A stretch of DNA of 64,000 nucleotides, taken from the human T2T-CHM13v2.0 reference genome, Homo sapiens. The translations under genes were made by a program, and so were the position numbers. The number at the start of each line of letters is the position of its first letter. The first letter of the stretch is position 1. Below the pieces are notes generated by a model that saw only the letters and a list, made by a program, of their open reading frames with translations, searched no databases and was not told where the DNA came from. The DNA lies in NCBI RefSeq assembly GCF_009914755.1, contig NC_060929.1. One strand, given 5' to 3'. Below are positions 59,121-64,000 of the stretch, in pieces.

Positions 59121-59779
59121 AAAGGCCATTCTTACTATGAAAACTTGAATGAATGAATCCTAAGCCTGAGTATATCCAGAACACTCATCTAGGCTTCTAA
59201 TGTAACAGGATGTTCTGTGTTCCCAGAATAAAATAAATTTCGTAATAATGCAATGGGATAATGTGTTCAAATGAATACAAGCGATATGGATTATTTCACA
59301 AATACTTTCCTAGTTTATCAAACATGTATAATGATCCACAAGTTTTGGGTAAGGAAATGAAGCTAATGGGGTAAGTGACTTGTCTAAGAGTATCTGGCAC
59401 ATAACAATGTATTTTATTGAATGAATGGATTAATGGGGTAGTGTAGCAGATTGATGATGTATCACAAAATGTACACAACGCAATAATGCATACCATTACA
59501 TATGACAGTGCTGAAAAGAAGAAATGTGTAATAGAAATGTCACTTTTAGAAAATCTGCAGAATCTCAGTAGCTGTCTTCTGTATGGTACCTTTTGAAAGG
59601 ATGGCATTTGCGAGGGAGCTGTCTGTGGTGCTGAACAGGATGCAACTGCTAGGTCTGGTGATGGCCTTCACCAATTTTTGTTCATATTTTCTCCTGGGCC
59701 TCTGTTACCAACGACAACAATATTAATAAAAATTAGTGTAATGTTATCAAGTTTTCCTTTTTAAGCATTCAAAGATTGA

Positions 59780-61760
<1,981 letters not shown>

Positions 61761-62470
61761 TGATTCTTCCCAATCCTTTCCTCAGCAACTCTTCAAGGGT
61801 TCGTTAATATTAACATAGTGAGAATTTCAGTATCTATGCTCTGAGTAGCTCATTATGAAACAGGGAAGTCATTTCACTACATAATCATTGGGAAATACCA
61901 TATGAAATAAAACTCTTAGTTTCTCTCTGGCAAAATACTTGTTTATGAAACTGGATGACACAGCATAAGTGACATCTGTACCTGCAGAAGAGCCATGCCC
62001 CCAGTGCTGCACCTGTCTCATTATCTTGAGCCTACTTTCTTCTCAATAAAACAAACTCTGCTTGGAAATGATAGCCAGAAAAAAAGTAAATGGAAGCACA
62101 GAACTGTTTCCTATCCTAACAGGTATTAAGCTCCTGTTTTCAAAATCTGTTACTTGGTAAGAAAATGTATTCCTTTCACATAGATAGAAATTAAATTATT
62201 TTTAAAATGTAAACTATTATCTTCTGCAAAAGCTTTTCCCCCTTAGTGAAAAGCAGAATTAAAAAAACACTAGTGAGTTAACCAAGATCAGATTTATTCT
62301 CTTAAAACGTTCCCATACAGTATTTACCCAGCACCTACATTAAGTTGAAAAATATCTTCTAATTCTCGTAGTGCTGAGTTGAAAATATATCTCCCCTATA
62401 CTGGCTGTTCTCTACTATGGGCTTAAGGGAATGTTCTTCCTGCTAAAAACAAAAATTGGTATCAATGTAA

Positions 62471-63500
<1,030 letters not shown>

Positions 63501-63749
63501 TGAAGGATTAAATAAAGCTGGCCTTGAGCTTTTCTCTGGTGGTATCACCAGAATCACAGTTTTTGCTTTTGTTTTGCTTTATGTGTTTTGTTAGTTTAAC
63601 CATTATTAACTGCTGGGTTATGAGAATTGACAATCTTCAACAAAAACCTTTATATAACAGGGTAAGAGAAAGGCAGGTTTAAAAGGTTTCTTTAGTTGCT
63701 ACTTTTGTCATTACCCTGCCATACATTATTTCAGATATGAGAGCATTTC

Positions 63750-63860
63750 AGAAACATGGGCTCTGCCAGCCTTCGTCTCTTATTTGTCAAAGATCTTAGA
63801 GCAGGCACACAGCTGACCATGTTTACCTGGACTTCACAAAGCTTTTGGGAAACTCACTAG
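63750..63860 (+). mobile_element. ancient L3/CR1-type reverse-transcriptase relic
   Basis: gtttacctggacttcacaaagcttttg resembles the CR1/L3 RT motif VYLDFSKAF (reads VYLDFTK then shifts frame). Confidence 0.45.
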
Positions 63861-64000
63861 CAATTATGATGACACCTGGGGAAAAAAAAAATTCCTATCA
63901 GCTGAGTGGTCTCCATAACTTCACACTGCTGGGATGTCTCCAAGGGAAATAGTCATAAAGACACTCTGAAATTTTTACAGAGCTAACTTTCATTGAAAGA

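Overview
Primate, very probably human, genomic DNA. It is repeat-rich and contains one complete protein-coding gene on the + strand: OTULINL (FAM105A), an inactive OTU-family pseudo-deubiquitinase. I reconstructed 8 coding exons (12947-41362) with GT-AG introns and consistent phases, giving 356 aa. The gene starts in a CpG island, with a solo LTR12 (ERV9) about 3.2 kb upstream in the same orientation. The rest is Alu, L1, MaLR (THE1/MLT), hAT MITEs and microsatellites; almost all ORF-track entries are repeat-derived or chance ORFs. Most notable observations: (i) an exact 59-bp copy of the exon-5 splice donor inserted into a THE1 provirus 2.2 kb downstream, creating a possible in-frame 90-nt cassette exon; (ii) a complex inverted templated insertion inside an L1 at about 58.3-59.1 kb; (iii) phase-compatible, exon-like, stop-interrupted segments on the - strand downstream of OTULINL that may be a decayed unannotated gene (speculative); (iv) an orphan upstream exon and sense LTRs that could provide alternative promoters; (v) a young AluYd8 in intron 7. 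Repeat family names and boundaries were recognised by eye and are approximate.
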